Notes: generated by a model from the letters alone, not told the origin. Counted from the stretch's first letter, positions 7,825 to 17,254 are shown. The stretch: 64,000 nt of DNA from Obrimoposthia wandeli (GCA_977020255.1 CDROCS010002422.1:310001-374000); one strand, 5' to 3'. Numbers and translations: made by a program.

Positions 7825-7987
7825 TAGTTTTTATCCTGAAATGGAACCGTAGCGAGAACGACTCAATGGTTCTAGATGCGTGCTAATAAATAGGGGCGTT
7901 TGGTTATTCCAAATAACGCTATTTAGAAGTGTGCAGATAGATCCAGTGAGCCATTCGCAGTAGGTGCCCGTTTCTGGATGGAAACTA
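7825..7987 (+). repeat. 163-nt long imperfect hairpin repeat, copy 2
   Basis: Ungapped match to 34-196 with compensatory changes; ends 34 nt upstream of the bmt ATG. Confidence 0.85.
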
Positions 7988-8021
7988 ATTATCTTTTTTA
8001 TCCATTTTACGGCCACTGACT

Positions 8022-9077
8022 ATGTCTAATCTCTTTACTCGCCTGCTTAACGAACGCCCTTATTTAATCACTGACGGTGCCTTGGGCACTAACCTATTTA
8101 TGATGGGTTTACAGACAGGTGATGCACCTGAACTTTGGAATATAGATCATCCTGAGCGCATTGCTGATTTGGCACAACGCTTTATCGATGCGGGCTCAGA
8201 TATTTTACTGACTAATAGCTTTGGTGGTACTCACTATCGATTAAAGCTACACAATGCCCAAGATAGAGTTGAAGAGTTAAACGTTGCCGCTGCAAACATT
8301 TTAAAGCAGCTCGCCGATAAAGCTGAGCATGATGTTGTGGTCGCAGGCTCTATGGGGCCAACGGGAGAGATCTTAGAACCTGCCGGCACTTTAACTTATG
8401 AGTTAGCCTATCAAGCATTTAAAGATCAAGCAGAAGCGCTTAAAAAAGGCGGCGTTGATGTTTTATGGATAGAAACTATCTCTGATGCAAGTGAAGCTAA
8501 AGCGGCATATGAAGCAGCTGCAACCACAGGGTTACCCGTTGTATATACCATGAGTATCGATACCAATGGTCGTACTATGATGGGTGTTACGCCTTCTGAA
8601 TTAATCGCTTTAGATTCCCAGTTAAGCAAGCACTCTAGCGCTTGTGGCACTAACTGCGGCATCGGTGCATCAGAAGTTGTGGCGGCTATTTTGAATATGA
8701 AGCTTGCAGCCAAGCAGCAACAAACCGACCCCATCTTAATAGCCAAAGCAAACTGTGGTATCCCGCAATACGTTGAAGGCGAGATTGTTTACTCAGGCAC
8801 ACCTGAATTAATGGCCGATTATGCCCGCTTAGTATTAGATGCTGGCGCCCGCATCATTGGTGGTTGCTGTGGCACTACTCCTGATCATATTGCAGTGATG
8901 CGCGATGCACTTAAAAACCATGAAGTATCTAGTGCGCCCGATATGGAAACTATCGAGCAAGTACTTGGCCCTGTGACGACCGGCGCTAAAGCACAATTTA
9001 AAGGTGACTTAAGTGTTGCTGGAGGTTCTTTAAGTGGCGGCGCTAGAGAGCGACGTAATAGACGCCCACGTAGCTAA
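8022..9077 (+). CDS. bmt: Betaine-homocysteine S-methyltransferase-like protein (stand-alone homocysteine-binding domain)
   Basis: DGALGTNL, TNSFG, and Zn ligands GTNCGIG and IGGCCGT; no pterin or B12 domains. Confidence 0.85.
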   Translation: MSNLFTRLLNERPYLITDGALGTNLFMMGLQTGDAPELWNIDHPERIADLAQRFIDAGSDILLTNSFGGTHYRLKLHNAQDRVEELNVAAANILKQLADKAEHDVVVAGSMGPTGEILEPAGTLTYELAYQAFKDQAEALKKGGVDVLWIETISDASEAKAAYEAAATTGLPVVYTMSIDTNGRTMMGVTPSELIALDSQLSKHSSACGTNCGIGASEVVAAILNMKLAAKQQQTDPILIAKANCGIPQYVEGEIVYSGTPELMADYARLVLDAGARIIGGCCGTTPDHIAVMRDALKNHEVSSAPDMETIEQVLGPVTTGAKAQFKGDLSVAGGSLSGGARERRNRRPRS

Positions 9078-9138
9078 TTTACAGAATAAATCAGGGTGAT
9101 GTTGTGACAGCAAAACAACGTGGGCAGTGTAAAAAATC

Positions 9139-9465
9139 ATGAAATACTTTTTTATACTAACATTCACCCTCTTCCTAGCAGGTTGCGATACCGTATATCA
9201 ACCTTTAGGCTGGGATGGTGGTTATGAAGATAAAACACTGGCCAGTGATAGGTATTGGATAAAGTACCAAGGCAATGCCACAACACCTTTAATTTGGGTA
9301 ACGCAAAGCTGGCACAAAAGAGCAGCCCAACTTTGTGATAATAGCTATGAAGTGCAGGTGATGGGCAAAAACGCCACTAGAGAAGCCCCTAAGGAGCTTA
9401 TCGATATACCGCTAAATATTGACAACCCTAGCGTTGAAGGCGAAATACGTTGTTTGTTAAAATGA
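9139..9465 (+). CDS. Small lipoprotein
   Basis: Lipobox FLAG-C; YQPLGWDGGY motif. Confidence 0.75.
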   Translation: MKYFFILTFTLFLAGCDTVYQPLGWDGGYEDKTLASDRYWIKYQGNATTPLIWVTQSWHKRAAQLCDNSYEVQVMGKNATREAPKELIDIPLNIDNPSVEGEIRCLLK

Positions 9466-9487
9466 TATGCAGCCGCATATCAAATAA

Positions 9488-10447
9488 CTACACCTTAGCT
9501 GCTTTAACATTTTGAAACTGTTGATTAAGTGCCAGCACTTGCTCAGTTAATATCTGACTAAAAGCAGAAGTTAACAGCGATGCTGGACGATGTGCGGGCT
9601 GTAAAATTGATACTAACAACGGTACTGTTGGCGTAAAGACTCTAAAGGTTAATGCTCCGTCATGCTGTTGATAATTAAAGTAGTTAGCAGCAGAAATAGG
9701 ATCACAAATACAATAACACAACCCTTCTTCAACTAGCGTCAACGCCGGTTGGAAATTGCGTAATTCAAAGCGCTGATTGATAGTCGCACCTACTGCATTA
9801 AAAGCATCAAAAGTGGCTATTTGATGTGGGTGCCCTTCTTGTAACGTCGCTATTGGCTTCCCTGATAAATCTTCAGGGCTAAGGCTAGCTTTTTGCGCTA
9901 AAGTATCATCACTGCGCAACACGCATACACAACTGAGCGCAAAGTCTTGTTGGCTAATCGCTCTATTCGGCGGTGGTGTTTCGGCTAAACCAATATCGTA
10001 TTGCTGTGAGGCTATCCACTCCTCAATCACACTCGATGCCCGCATCATTAGTGATACTTTTACCTTAGGTTTATCTCTAACAAACCCGGCCACCAGCTTG
10101 GGCATTACAAATAGCGATGATGAAGGCATGCATGCTATACGCAATTTTCCTTCTTTTAAATCCCCTACTTCTTGCATAGTGCGCGCCGAGCGCGCTAAGC
10201 GATCTAAAATAGCTTCTGTTTCTTCGTAAAAATACTGTGCTTCGGGCTTGCGAATTAAGCGCCCACGCTGGCGCTCAAACAACAGCAATCCCAATTCAGC
10301 TTCTAAGGTAGAAATCATCGAACTTACCGCAGGTTGCGTACGATTTAATGCGCGCGCCGCCTCTGAAATAGACCCTGTACGCATCACTTCACGAAACGCC
10401 TGCAATTGGCGAATATTCAAATTCATAGCAGTCATCCTAAAAATCAT
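9488..10447 (-). CDS. LysR-family regulator
   Basis: LNIRQLQAFREVMRTGSISEAARALNRTQPAVS HTH; divergent from the TRAP operon; true start may be ATG 10426. Confidence 0.95.
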   Translation of the reverse strand: MIFRMTAMNLNIRQLQAFREVMRTGSISEAARALNRTQPAVSSMISTLEAELGLLLFERQRGRLIRKPEAQYFYEETEAILDRLARSARTMQEVGDLKEGKLRIACMPSSSLFVMPKLVAGFVRDKPKVKVSLMMRASSVIEEWIASQQYDIGLAETPPPNRAISQQDFALSCVCVLRSDDTLAQKASLSPEDLSGKPIATLQEGHPHQIATFDAFNAVGATINQRFELRNFQPALTLVEEGLCYCICDPISAANYFNYQQHDGALTFRVFTPTVPLLVSILQPAHRPASLLTSAFSQILTEQVLALNQQFQNVKAAKV

Positions 10448-10469
10448 AATGCAGATATTCTAATCAAGG

Positions 10470-10488
10470 GTATAAGAAAAATCTATAC
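10470..10488. promoter_or_regulatory. Candidate LysR recognition site
   Basis: GTATA-N9-TATAC dyad containing T-N11-A, in the lysR/dctQ divergent gap. Confidence 0.5.
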
Positions 10489-10579
10489 TTCCATCAATAT
10501 TATCGCTTTGATTCTATAACTCAACTTTGCCATTATTTGTTAATCCGCAAATAAATATAACAAGTCACATTCACTGTGA

Positions 10580-11071
10580 TTGAGGAACGATGTTATGAAT
10601 CGCTTTGTCAGTATCCTGCTGACCACAATGATCTGCCTAGTCGCGCTAGGTCAATTCGTACAAGTTATCACCCGCTACGTTTTGGAAATTCCAGTCATGG
10701 GTCTAGAAGAAAGCTTGCTCTATCCTACACTGTGGCTTTATATGCTGGGCGCGATGAATGCGTCTCGTGAAAATACTCACATCAAGGCGAATGTATTAGA
10801 AATATTCCTTAAAACGCCTCGTCAACATGCCATTTTGGCGGTGATTGCTGAAGCTTGCTCACTAGTGATTGCTGGCTGGCTTACTTATTGGGCTTGGGAT
10901 TTTATGCGCTATTCACTACGCGTTGGCAAAGAGAGCCCAACGTTGTATATCCCAACCATCTTTGTTGATGCAGCACTATTAATCGGTATGGCCGTGATGA
11001 TGCTCTACACCATTATGCACTTAGTTAAGCACATTAAAGCCGCTATGAATCCTGTGGAGATCACATCATGA
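10580..11071 (+). CDS. dctQ: TRAP small permease
   Basis: Four hydrophobic segments, GLEES and HIKANV motifs; overlaps the dctM start; ATG 10595 is a likely start. Confidence 0.9.
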   Translation: MRNDVMNRFVSILLTTMICLVALGQFVQVITRYVLEIPVMGLEESLLYPTLWLYMLGAMNASRENTHIKANVLEIFLKTPRQHAILAVIAEACSLVIAGWLTYWAWDFMRYSLRVGKESPTLYIPTIFVDAALLIGMAVMMLYTIMHLVKHIKAAMNPVEITS

Positions 11072-12369
11072 TAGAAGTTGCACTACTGGCAGTCGTTGTA
11101 CTGGTTATATTATTGACCTTAGGCGTGCCCCTACCTTACTGCTTTGGTGGCGGTTTAATGGTGATGTACTTCGCTGGCGATGTATTTATGAAAGGTAATA
11201 TGTTGTGGGGATTTCAGCAGTTAGGAAACCCTGTGCTATTAGCTATCCCACTGTTTGTATTAGCAGGCACCATAATGAGTGTCAGCGGGATTGCCGCGAG
11301 TTTACTGAACTTCGTGAACATCTTTGTAGGTCATTTACGCGGTGGTTTAGGCGTTGTTGCTACCATTAGCTGTGCATTGATCGGTGCTATCTCTGGTTCT
11401 GGTTTAACCGGTGTTGCCGCGATTGGCCCACTGCTGATTCCTGAAATGGAAAAACAAGGCTACCCTCGCGCTTACGCAACCGCCCTTATTGCTAACGCAT
11501 CATTACTTGGTTTGCTGATTCCACCGAGTGTCACCATGATCGTTTACGGCTGGGTAACAGATACTTCAATCCTCGCTTGTTTCTTAGCCACGTTAGGCCC
11601 AGGTCTACTGATTATGACCAGCTTCTCTTCGGTTAACTTATGGCTAGCACGTAAATTCCCATTGATTTTAGCCCCACGTCTTGAAGGTGCTGAGTTTAAA
11701 GCTGAAGTTAAGAGTCGCGGTATTAAAGCAACACCTGCACTACTGATGCCAGTGATCATCCTCGGTGGTATTTATGGGGGCATTATGACCCCGACAGAAG
11801 CTGCTGCAGTGGCGGTTATTTACGCTATCCCGGTTGGCTTTTTGATCTACAAAGGTCTTGATTTTAAAACGTTCATTGGCGCAGGCAAAGAAGCCTCTAC
11901 CTCTGTCGGCACCATTATGTTGATGATTTTATTCAGCATGATTTTATCGCAAATGTTCGTACTTGAAAGCATTCCACAGGCAATCGTTGAATCGATCTTC
12001 TCTGTTACCGATAACAAAGTACTGCTGTTAATTCTGATTAACATCCTACTGTTCTTAGTCGGCATGATCGTTAACGACGTCACCGCAATTATCTTAATCG
12101 CACCCTTACTATTACCGTTGATGGAAGCGATTGGTATCAGCCCGATTCAGTTCGCTGCCATCATGGGGGTTAATACTGCGATGGGTGGTGTTACACCGCC
12201 ATATGCTTCAATTCTTTATTTAGGGGCGCGTATCGGTAAGGTACCTGTCACACAAGTAATCCGCCCTGCAATGCTGTTGATCGTTACAGGTTACTTACCC
12301 GTAGTGTTTCTAACTTCATTCTGGGGAGACCTATCCTTGTTCTTACCGCGTTTCTTCGGCTACGCATAA
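11068..12369 (+). CDS. dctM: TRAP large permease
   Basis: LLAIPLFVLAG, AISGSG, LIPPS, TPTEAA and TPP motifs. Confidence 0.95.
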   Translation: MIEVALLAVVVLVILLTLGVPLPYCFGGGLMVMYFAGDVFMKGNMLWGFQQLGNPVLLAIPLFVLAGTIMSVSGIAASLLNFVNIFVGHLRGGLGVVATISCALIGAISGSGLTGVAAIGPLLIPEMEKQGYPRAYATALIANASLLGLLIPPSVTMIVYGWVTDTSILACFLATLGPGLLIMTSFSSVNLWLARKFPLILAPRLEGAEFKAEVKSRGIKATPALLMPVIILGGIYGGIMTPTEAAAVAVIYAIPVGFLIYKGLDFKTFIGAGKEASTSVGTIMLMILFSMILSQMFVLESIPQAIVESIFSVTDNKVLLLILINILLFLVGMIVNDVTAIILIAPLLLPLMEAIGISPIQFAAIMGVNTAMGGVTPPYASILYLGARIGKVPVTQVIRPAMLLIVTGYLPVVFLTSFWGDLSLFLPRFFGYA

Positions 12370-12421
12370 GGAGCCCGTCCGACAATAGCTCTCGCAACAT
12401 CGCTATTCTCGGACAGGCTCC
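12370..12421 (+). other. Intercistronic stem-loop between dctM and dctP
   Basis: Three 6-bp helices (GGAGCC/GGCTCC, GTCCGA/TCGGAC, AATAGC/GCTATT); no U-tract. Confidence 0.6.
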
Positions 12422-12480
12422 TAGCAAGTGCAATTCGTACAAAAACCCAAAATCACTATAAAAACAGAAAAGGAAATAAC

Positions 12481-13482
12481 ATGAAACTTAAGCCAATGAG
12501 CCAAATGATTAGTGCAGTAGTAATAGCTAGCGCACTAAGCTTGACTACAGTTGCACAAGCAGCAACGTTGAAAATCAGCCACATTCGTCCACAAGGTGCG
12601 ACGATTGATAACGAACTAAAAGCATTCTCAACAGACGTTGCAGCTAAAACCGGTGGCGATGTAAAAATCAAAATCTTCGCAGCCAGTGCACTAGGTGATT
12701 ACACGACTGTACAAGAACGCATTTCAATTGGCGCAATCGACATGGCTGTACAGCCTGCTGCGACAGCAGCTTCTCGTAAAATGCAAATCAGTGCATTCCC
12801 GTACGTTGCTGAAAACTGGGCTAAGGCACGTGAAATTTACGGACCTGCAGGCGCTATCTATGACGTAATGAAAGGTTTATACGCTAAGCAAGATATCACT
12901 ATGCTAGCGGCATACCCGGTATATTTCGGTGGTGTTGCACTGAACCGTGATGCAGTTAAGCCTGGCGATGCATATGCAGAAAAAGGTATTAAAGTACGTG
13001 TTCCTGGGATCAAAAGCTTCCAGTTAACCTCTGACGCACTAGGTTACATCAGCTCTCCAATTCCTTTCTCTGAAGCTTTCACCGCAGTACAAACGGGTGT
13101 TGTAGATGGCGTTATCGGATCTGGCGCTGAAGGTTACTATGCATCATTTCGTGATGTAACTAAGACTTATGTACCTGTTAACACTCACTTTGAAGTTTGG
13201 TACATGATCGTAAACACAGAGAAGTTCAACTCTCTAGATGCTAAAGATCAAGCTACGCTACAAACTGCGGCAGCTGATTTTGAAGCACTTCGCTGGACTA
13301 ATGCAGAAACAGACCAAGGTGCTTTTGAGCAAAAACTAGCGGATAACGGCACGACTATCGTCAAGCTAACTAACGAAGAGTTAGCCGCTGCTGCGAAAAA
13401 AGTACGTGCTGAAGTTTGGCCACAAATCATGGAAGACGTTGGCGTTGAATGGGCACAAGAGATCCTCAACAAAATTAAGTAA
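12481..13482 (+). CDS. dctP: TRAP substrate-binding protein
   Basis: Signal peptide ending AQA; KGIKVRVP; PIPFSEAFTAVQTGVVDG. Confidence 0.95.
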   Translation: MKLKPMSQMISAVVIASALSLTTVAQAATLKISHIRPQGATIDNELKAFSTDVAAKTGGDVKIKIFAASALGDYTTVQERISIGAIDMAVQPAATAASRKMQISAFPYVAENWAKAREIYGPAGAIYDVMKGLYAKQDITMLAAYPVYFGGVALNRDAVKPGDAYAEKGIKVRVPGIKSFQLTSDALGYISSPIPFSEAFTAVQTGVVDGVIGSGAEGYYASFRDVTKTYVPVNTHFEVWYMIVNTEKFNSLDAKDQATLQTAAADFEALRWTNAETDQGAFEQKLADNGTTIVKLTNEELAAAAKKVRAEVWPQIMEDVGVEWAQEILNKIK

Positions 13483-13488
13483 GTTCAA

Positions 13489-13523
13489 CTCGCTTCATTC
13501 TTAAGTGAAGCGAGCTGTTTTTT
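13489..13523 (+). terminator. Intrinsic terminator after dctP
   Basis: CTCGCTTCA...TGAAGCGAG stem followed by CTGTTTTTT. Confidence 0.75.
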
Positions 13524-13654
13524 AAATCAGCGAAATTATCCCTCTACCCGTATTAACGGCTTTTCTTTAAAGCGACAAACTCCTTCAACCTAGAAAACTT
13601 CTCAAGCTAGTCACTAAGTCGCTAAGCACACAAACAGATAATAATAGGCAAAGC

Positions 13655-14044
13655 ATGTTCCGCTCACTACGTAAAACCGACTGTGAACAAGTCGAAATAA
13701 ATATAAACGGTAACTTATTCCAAGTGCCCGCAGGTAGCTCAGTTTGGGCTGCACTAGCATTGGCTAAAGATACAATTACGCGTATGGCACCCGTATCTGA
13801 ACAACCCCGCTCAGCCTATTGCGCAATGGGCGTATGTTTTGAATGCCTAGTAGAAATTGACGGGCAACCTAATCGCCAAGCCTGCTTAACTCTAGTGAGT
13901 GCAGGTATGCATATCGTTAAACAAAACATCGTACAAAGCAGCCAAGCAGAAGTAGCCATGTACCATCCTCTTTACGAAGGCAATAGTGAAGAAAGTAGCG
14001 GCGCAAATAGTAAAGGAAATAGCGAAGGAAAAGCTCATGACTAA
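13655..14044 (+). CDS. 2Fe-2S subunit of a heterotrimeric amine/opine-type dehydrogenase (HcnA/SoxA-N-like)
   Basis: YCAMGVCFECLVEIDG...ACLT cysteine pattern. Confidence 0.85.
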   Translation: MFRSLRKTDCEQVEININGNLFQVPAGSSVWAALALAKDTITRMAPVSEQPRSAYCAMGVCFECLVEIDGQPNRQACLTLVSAGMHIVKQNIVQSSQAEVAMYHPLYEGNSEESSGANSKGNSEGKAHD

Positions 14045-15527
14045 TTCCATGCAAGCGTTGAGCGAACACGCTATCACCAGTTTTGATATTGCGATTATCG
14101 GCGCAGGACCAGCCGGCATGATGGCTGCCATAACCGCCAGTGCAACAAGTGCGAAAATCGTCGTACTTAACGATAAGCCAAGTGTCGGCGGGCAAATTTA
14201 CCGCAATGTCGATCGCTCCCCTTTAGTTGACAGCTCAGTGCTGGGCAAAGATTATTTAGCAGGTGCGGATTTGGTCGCACAATTTAATCAATGCATTAAC
14301 GCTGAAAATAACAACCTACAAATATTTAACAATGCTAACGTTTGGCACATAGGTGATGACGGCGAACTACTGTTTTCATATGACGGCCAAAGTAATAGCA
14401 TTCAAGCCAAACAAGTGATCGTTGCAACCGGGGCGATGGAGCGTCCATTCCCTATTCCCGGTTGGCATTTACCTGGCGTTATGTCAGCAGGTAGTGCGCA
14501 AGTAATGCTTAAATCTGATGCGCTAGTCACTGATGATGCTGTTTTTGTTGGTAGCGGCCCGTTACTTTATCTTATTGTTGCGCAATATTTACGATTAGGC
14601 GTCACCGTAAAAGCGTTAATTGACACCACGCCTAAAGCTAATTACGTAAACGCAATGGGCAAAGCGCTCAACGCCTTTTCGCAACCCTCTATGCTGATAA
14701 AAGGCGTTGGATTACTCAATGAAATTCGCCGCAGCGGCACGCCCGTTTATCGTTTTGTCAGCGAGTTAAAAATTAGCGAAAGCGCACAAAAAGCAGACAG
14801 CATCCAATTTATCTGCAAAGGCAAGCAAGTAACCCTCCACAGCGATCAGTTCTTTCTACACCAAGGGGTTATCCCTAACTTAAATGCCACCCGCGCATTA
14901 GGCATAAAGCATCATTGGAACAAACAACAACTGTGCTGGCAGCCAACCCTTGATCAATGGGGCTGCAGCGATGTAGAACACATCAGTGTTGCAGGTGATA
15001 GCAGTGGTATTGTGGGCGCTGATGGCGCACGTTTAATGGGCCTAGTTGCAGCGCTAAACTGCCTACACAAATTAGCGCTAATCTCACAAGCTGAACGTAA
15101 CAACCAAGCGGCAAATTCACTGCGCCAACTCGCACAGCTAAATCGCTTTCGCTCCTTTATTGACCGCTTATATCAACCCCAAGCTGAGCATCGTATTCCA
15201 CGTGATGAAGTAACCGTTGTTTGTCGTTGTGAAGAGCAAAATGTACGACAGCTAAAATATGAGTTTGATCGTGGAGCAAAAGGCCCGAACGAACTTAAAA
15301 GTATGACACGTTGTGGCATGGGCCCTTGCCAAGGCCGCATGTGCGGTACTACCGTGAGTGAATTACTGGCTGATTGGCGCGAAGAGCCAGTTGGCGATGT
15401 AGGTTATTATCGCTTGCGCTCACCTATGCGCCTGTTGAGCTTAGTGGAATTAAGTAAATTTAATACATTAAGTGCACCGCCACCGCCATCTGAGGTAGTA
15501 CAAATTCACACAGGAAGCGAGCAATGA
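14037..15527 (+). CDS. FAD/NAD(P)-dependent oxidoreductase subunit with C-terminal BFD-like 2Fe-2S site (OoxA/HcnB-like)
   Basis: IIGAGPAG, VATGAMERP...PGW, VCRCEE and TRCGMGPCQGRMC. ORF track start is 13986; ATG 14037 overlaps the upstream gene end. Confidence 0.9.
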   Translation: MTNSMQALSEHAITSFDIAIIGAGPAGMMAAITASATSAKIVVLNDKPSVGGQIYRNVDRSPLVDSSVLGKDYLAGADLVAQFNQCINAENNNLQIFNNANVWHIGDDGELLFSYDGQSNSIQAKQVIVATGAMERPFPIPGWHLPGVMSAGSAQVMLKSDALVTDDAVFVGSGPLLYLIVAQYLRLGVTVKALIDTTPKANYVNAMGKALNAFSQPSMLIKGVGLLNEIRRSGTPVYRFVSELKISESAQKADSIQFICKGKQVTLHSDQFFLHQGVIPNLNATRALGIKHHWNKQQLCWQPTLDQWGCSDVEHISVAGDSSGIVGADGARLMGLVAALNCLHKLALISQAERNNQAANSLRQLAQLNRFRSFIDRLYQPQAEHRIPRDEVTVVCRCEEQNVRQLKYEFDRGAKGPNELKSMTRCGMGPCQGRMCGTTVSELLADWREEPVGDVGYYRLRSPMRLLSLVELSKFNTLSAPPPPSEVVQIHTGSEQ

Positions 15528-16639
15528 ACACTGATGTAGTCATTATTGGTGGCGGCATACAAGGCTGCGCCAGTGCATATTATTTAGCAAAATCCGGCGT
15601 AACGGTCACTGTATTGGAAAAAGACTGGGTCTCTCGCCACGCATCTGGTGTTAACGCCGGTGGAGTACGCTCGCTTGGTCGTCATATTAACGAAGTACCT
15701 TTAAGCTTAGCCTCTATCGAATTATGGCAAACGTTAAGTGATGAACTTAACACTGACACCGGTTTTCGTCGTAAAACACTGATCAACATTGCCGCGGATG
15801 AAGCAGATATGCAGACCCTGCGCGCACGCGAGCGAGAAATGCATGCACTCGGTTATCATCACGAACACATTTTAGATGAAAGAACACTACGCAAACACTT
15901 ACCGCACGTAGCCGGCCACTGTGTTGGCGGCGTATTATCCTACACAGATGGCTATGCCATACCGTATCAAACCACCACCGCATATAAGCGTGCAGCTGCA
16001 GCATTGGGCGTAAAATTCGTTGAAGGTGAAGCTGTGCAACAAATTCGTAAAGTGGGTAACACTTGGCTAATCGCCAGCGATAAGCATAAGTATCAAAGCC
16101 GCCACATTGTTAACTGCGCGGGTGCTTGGGCTGATAAAATCGCCGTGATGATTGGCGATAACGTACCTATGTCATACAGTGCACCGATGTTAATGATTAC
16201 TACCCGCTTACCGCATTTTGTAACCCCAGTAGTCGGCGCGGTTAGTAGGCCATTATCCATGAAGCAATTTGAAAACGGTACCGTCTTAATTGGTGGTGGC
16301 GCTAAAGGTTTTGCAGATCGTGAACAAAACCGTAGCCGCTTAGATTATAAAAAACTCTCTGTTGGTGCAGGTACCGCCGCTGAGTTTTTCCCGATGATGG
16401 CCAAAGCATCAGTTAATCGTATGTGGGCAGGTTTAGAAGCCTATATGCCTGATAACCTACCAGTTATTGGCCCAAGCCTAGCGGATGAAAGCGCCTTTCA
16501 CGCTTTTGGCTTTTCTGCACACGGCTTCCAAATGGGGCCGATAGTTGGAAAGATCATTAGCCAGCTAATTAGCGAGGGTAGCTCGACTTTTGATTTATCA
16601 CCCTTTAGAGTGGACCGCTTTGATCGCAAGGTGCTTTAA
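15524..16639 (+). CDS. FAD-dependent D-amino-acid-oxidase-family subunit (OoxB/HcnC-like)
   Basis: IIGGGIQG, ASGVNAGG, WAGLEAYMPDNLPVIG, GFSAHGFQMGP. Confidence 0.9.
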   Translation: MNTDVVIIGGGIQGCASAYYLAKSGVTVTVLEKDWVSRHASGVNAGGVRSLGRHINEVPLSLASIELWQTLSDELNTDTGFRRKTLINIAADEADMQTLRAREREMHALGYHHEHILDERTLRKHLPHVAGHCVGGVLSYTDGYAIPYQTTTAYKRAAAALGVKFVEGEAVQQIRKVGNTWLIASDKHKYQSRHIVNCAGAWADKIAVMIGDNVPMSYSAPMLMITTRLPHFVTPVVGAVSRPLSMKQFENGTVLIGGGAKGFADREQNRSRLDYKKLSVGAGTAAEFFPMMAKASVNRMWAGLEAYMPDNLPVIGPSLADESAFHAFGFSAHGFQMGPIVGKIISQLISEGSSTFDLSPFRVDRFDRKVL

Positions 16640-16642
16640 TTA

Positions 16643-16803
16643 AATTCATTGGTGTGCGGTTTAATTTTTGTTGCTCTCTAACTCATTGATTTTACGTTAT
16701 CGAAAAGTATCATTTCGTGCAAGAGTATCGATTTGAGCATAATAGAAAACCACAAATCAATGAGTTAGAGGGCTTACATTTTTTAACCGGACAGCAATGA
16801 ATT
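16643..16803. repeat. 161-bp imperfect palindromic intergenic repeat (second family)
   Basis: Perfect 17-bp arms CTCTAACTCATTGATTT (16676-16692) / AAATCAATGAGTTAGAG (16754-16770) plus outer arms; 55/57 identical (inverted) to 63924-63980. Confidence 0.8.
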
Positions 16804-16906
16804 GAAGAGTTAATAAAGAGCTAAAACTTACACAGCTGCAAGGCACATCTCTTATGCTGTGTAACTATTTCAAAAAATACTAACATTGACTAACAGAGGA
16901 TTTAAA

Positions 16907-17254
16907 ATGAGCATCGAACGCATCGGTTCTACAGAGCGCATGAGCAGAATAGTAAAACACAACAATACTGTTTATTTATGTGGCCAAACCGCTTGTGACC
17001 CTGCCTGGGATATCACAGAGCAAACTCAGCGTTGCCTAGTTAAAGTTGAAGAGTTACTAGCAGAAGCCGGTAGCAGTAAAGAGCAGATGTTAACGGTCAC
17101 TATTTACGTGCGTGATATCAAAGATTTTGCAGCAATGAACACGGTATGGGATGCATGGGTAGCTGATTGCCCTAAGCCTGCACGCGCTTGTGTTGAAGCA
17201 CATATGGCTCGCCCTGATTTGCTAGTAGAATTCTCTGTGGTAGCCGCTTATTAA
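16907..17254 (+). CDS. RidA/YjgF/UK114-family protein
   Basis: [30 protein letters not shown] track start is 16886; ATG at 16907. Confidence 0.9.
   Translation: MSIERIGSTERMSRIVKHNNTVYLCGQTACDPAWDITEQTQRCLVKVEELLAEAGSSKEQMLTVTIYVRDIKDFAAMNTVWDAWVADCPKPARACVEAHMARPDLLVEFSVVAAY

Noticed and set aside
7825-7987. Cobalamin or SAM riboswitch upstream of bmt
   Set aside because: No B12 box or GGGAA/GCCACTG core, and no SAM-I junction motifs. A full copy also sits antisense downstream of an unrelated dctP gene, which fits a repeat rather than a ligand sensor.
13975-14035. Low-complexity C-terminal tail of the 2Fe-2S subunit (EGNSEE...KGNSEG)
   Set aside because: A short degenerate duplication in a likely disordered tail; no evidence of function.
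13655-16639. Hydrogen cyanide synthase hcnABC
   Set aside because: The architecture is shared with opine and hydroxyproline dehydrogenases; the uptake system and RidA context favour catabolism, so no gene symbols were assigned.
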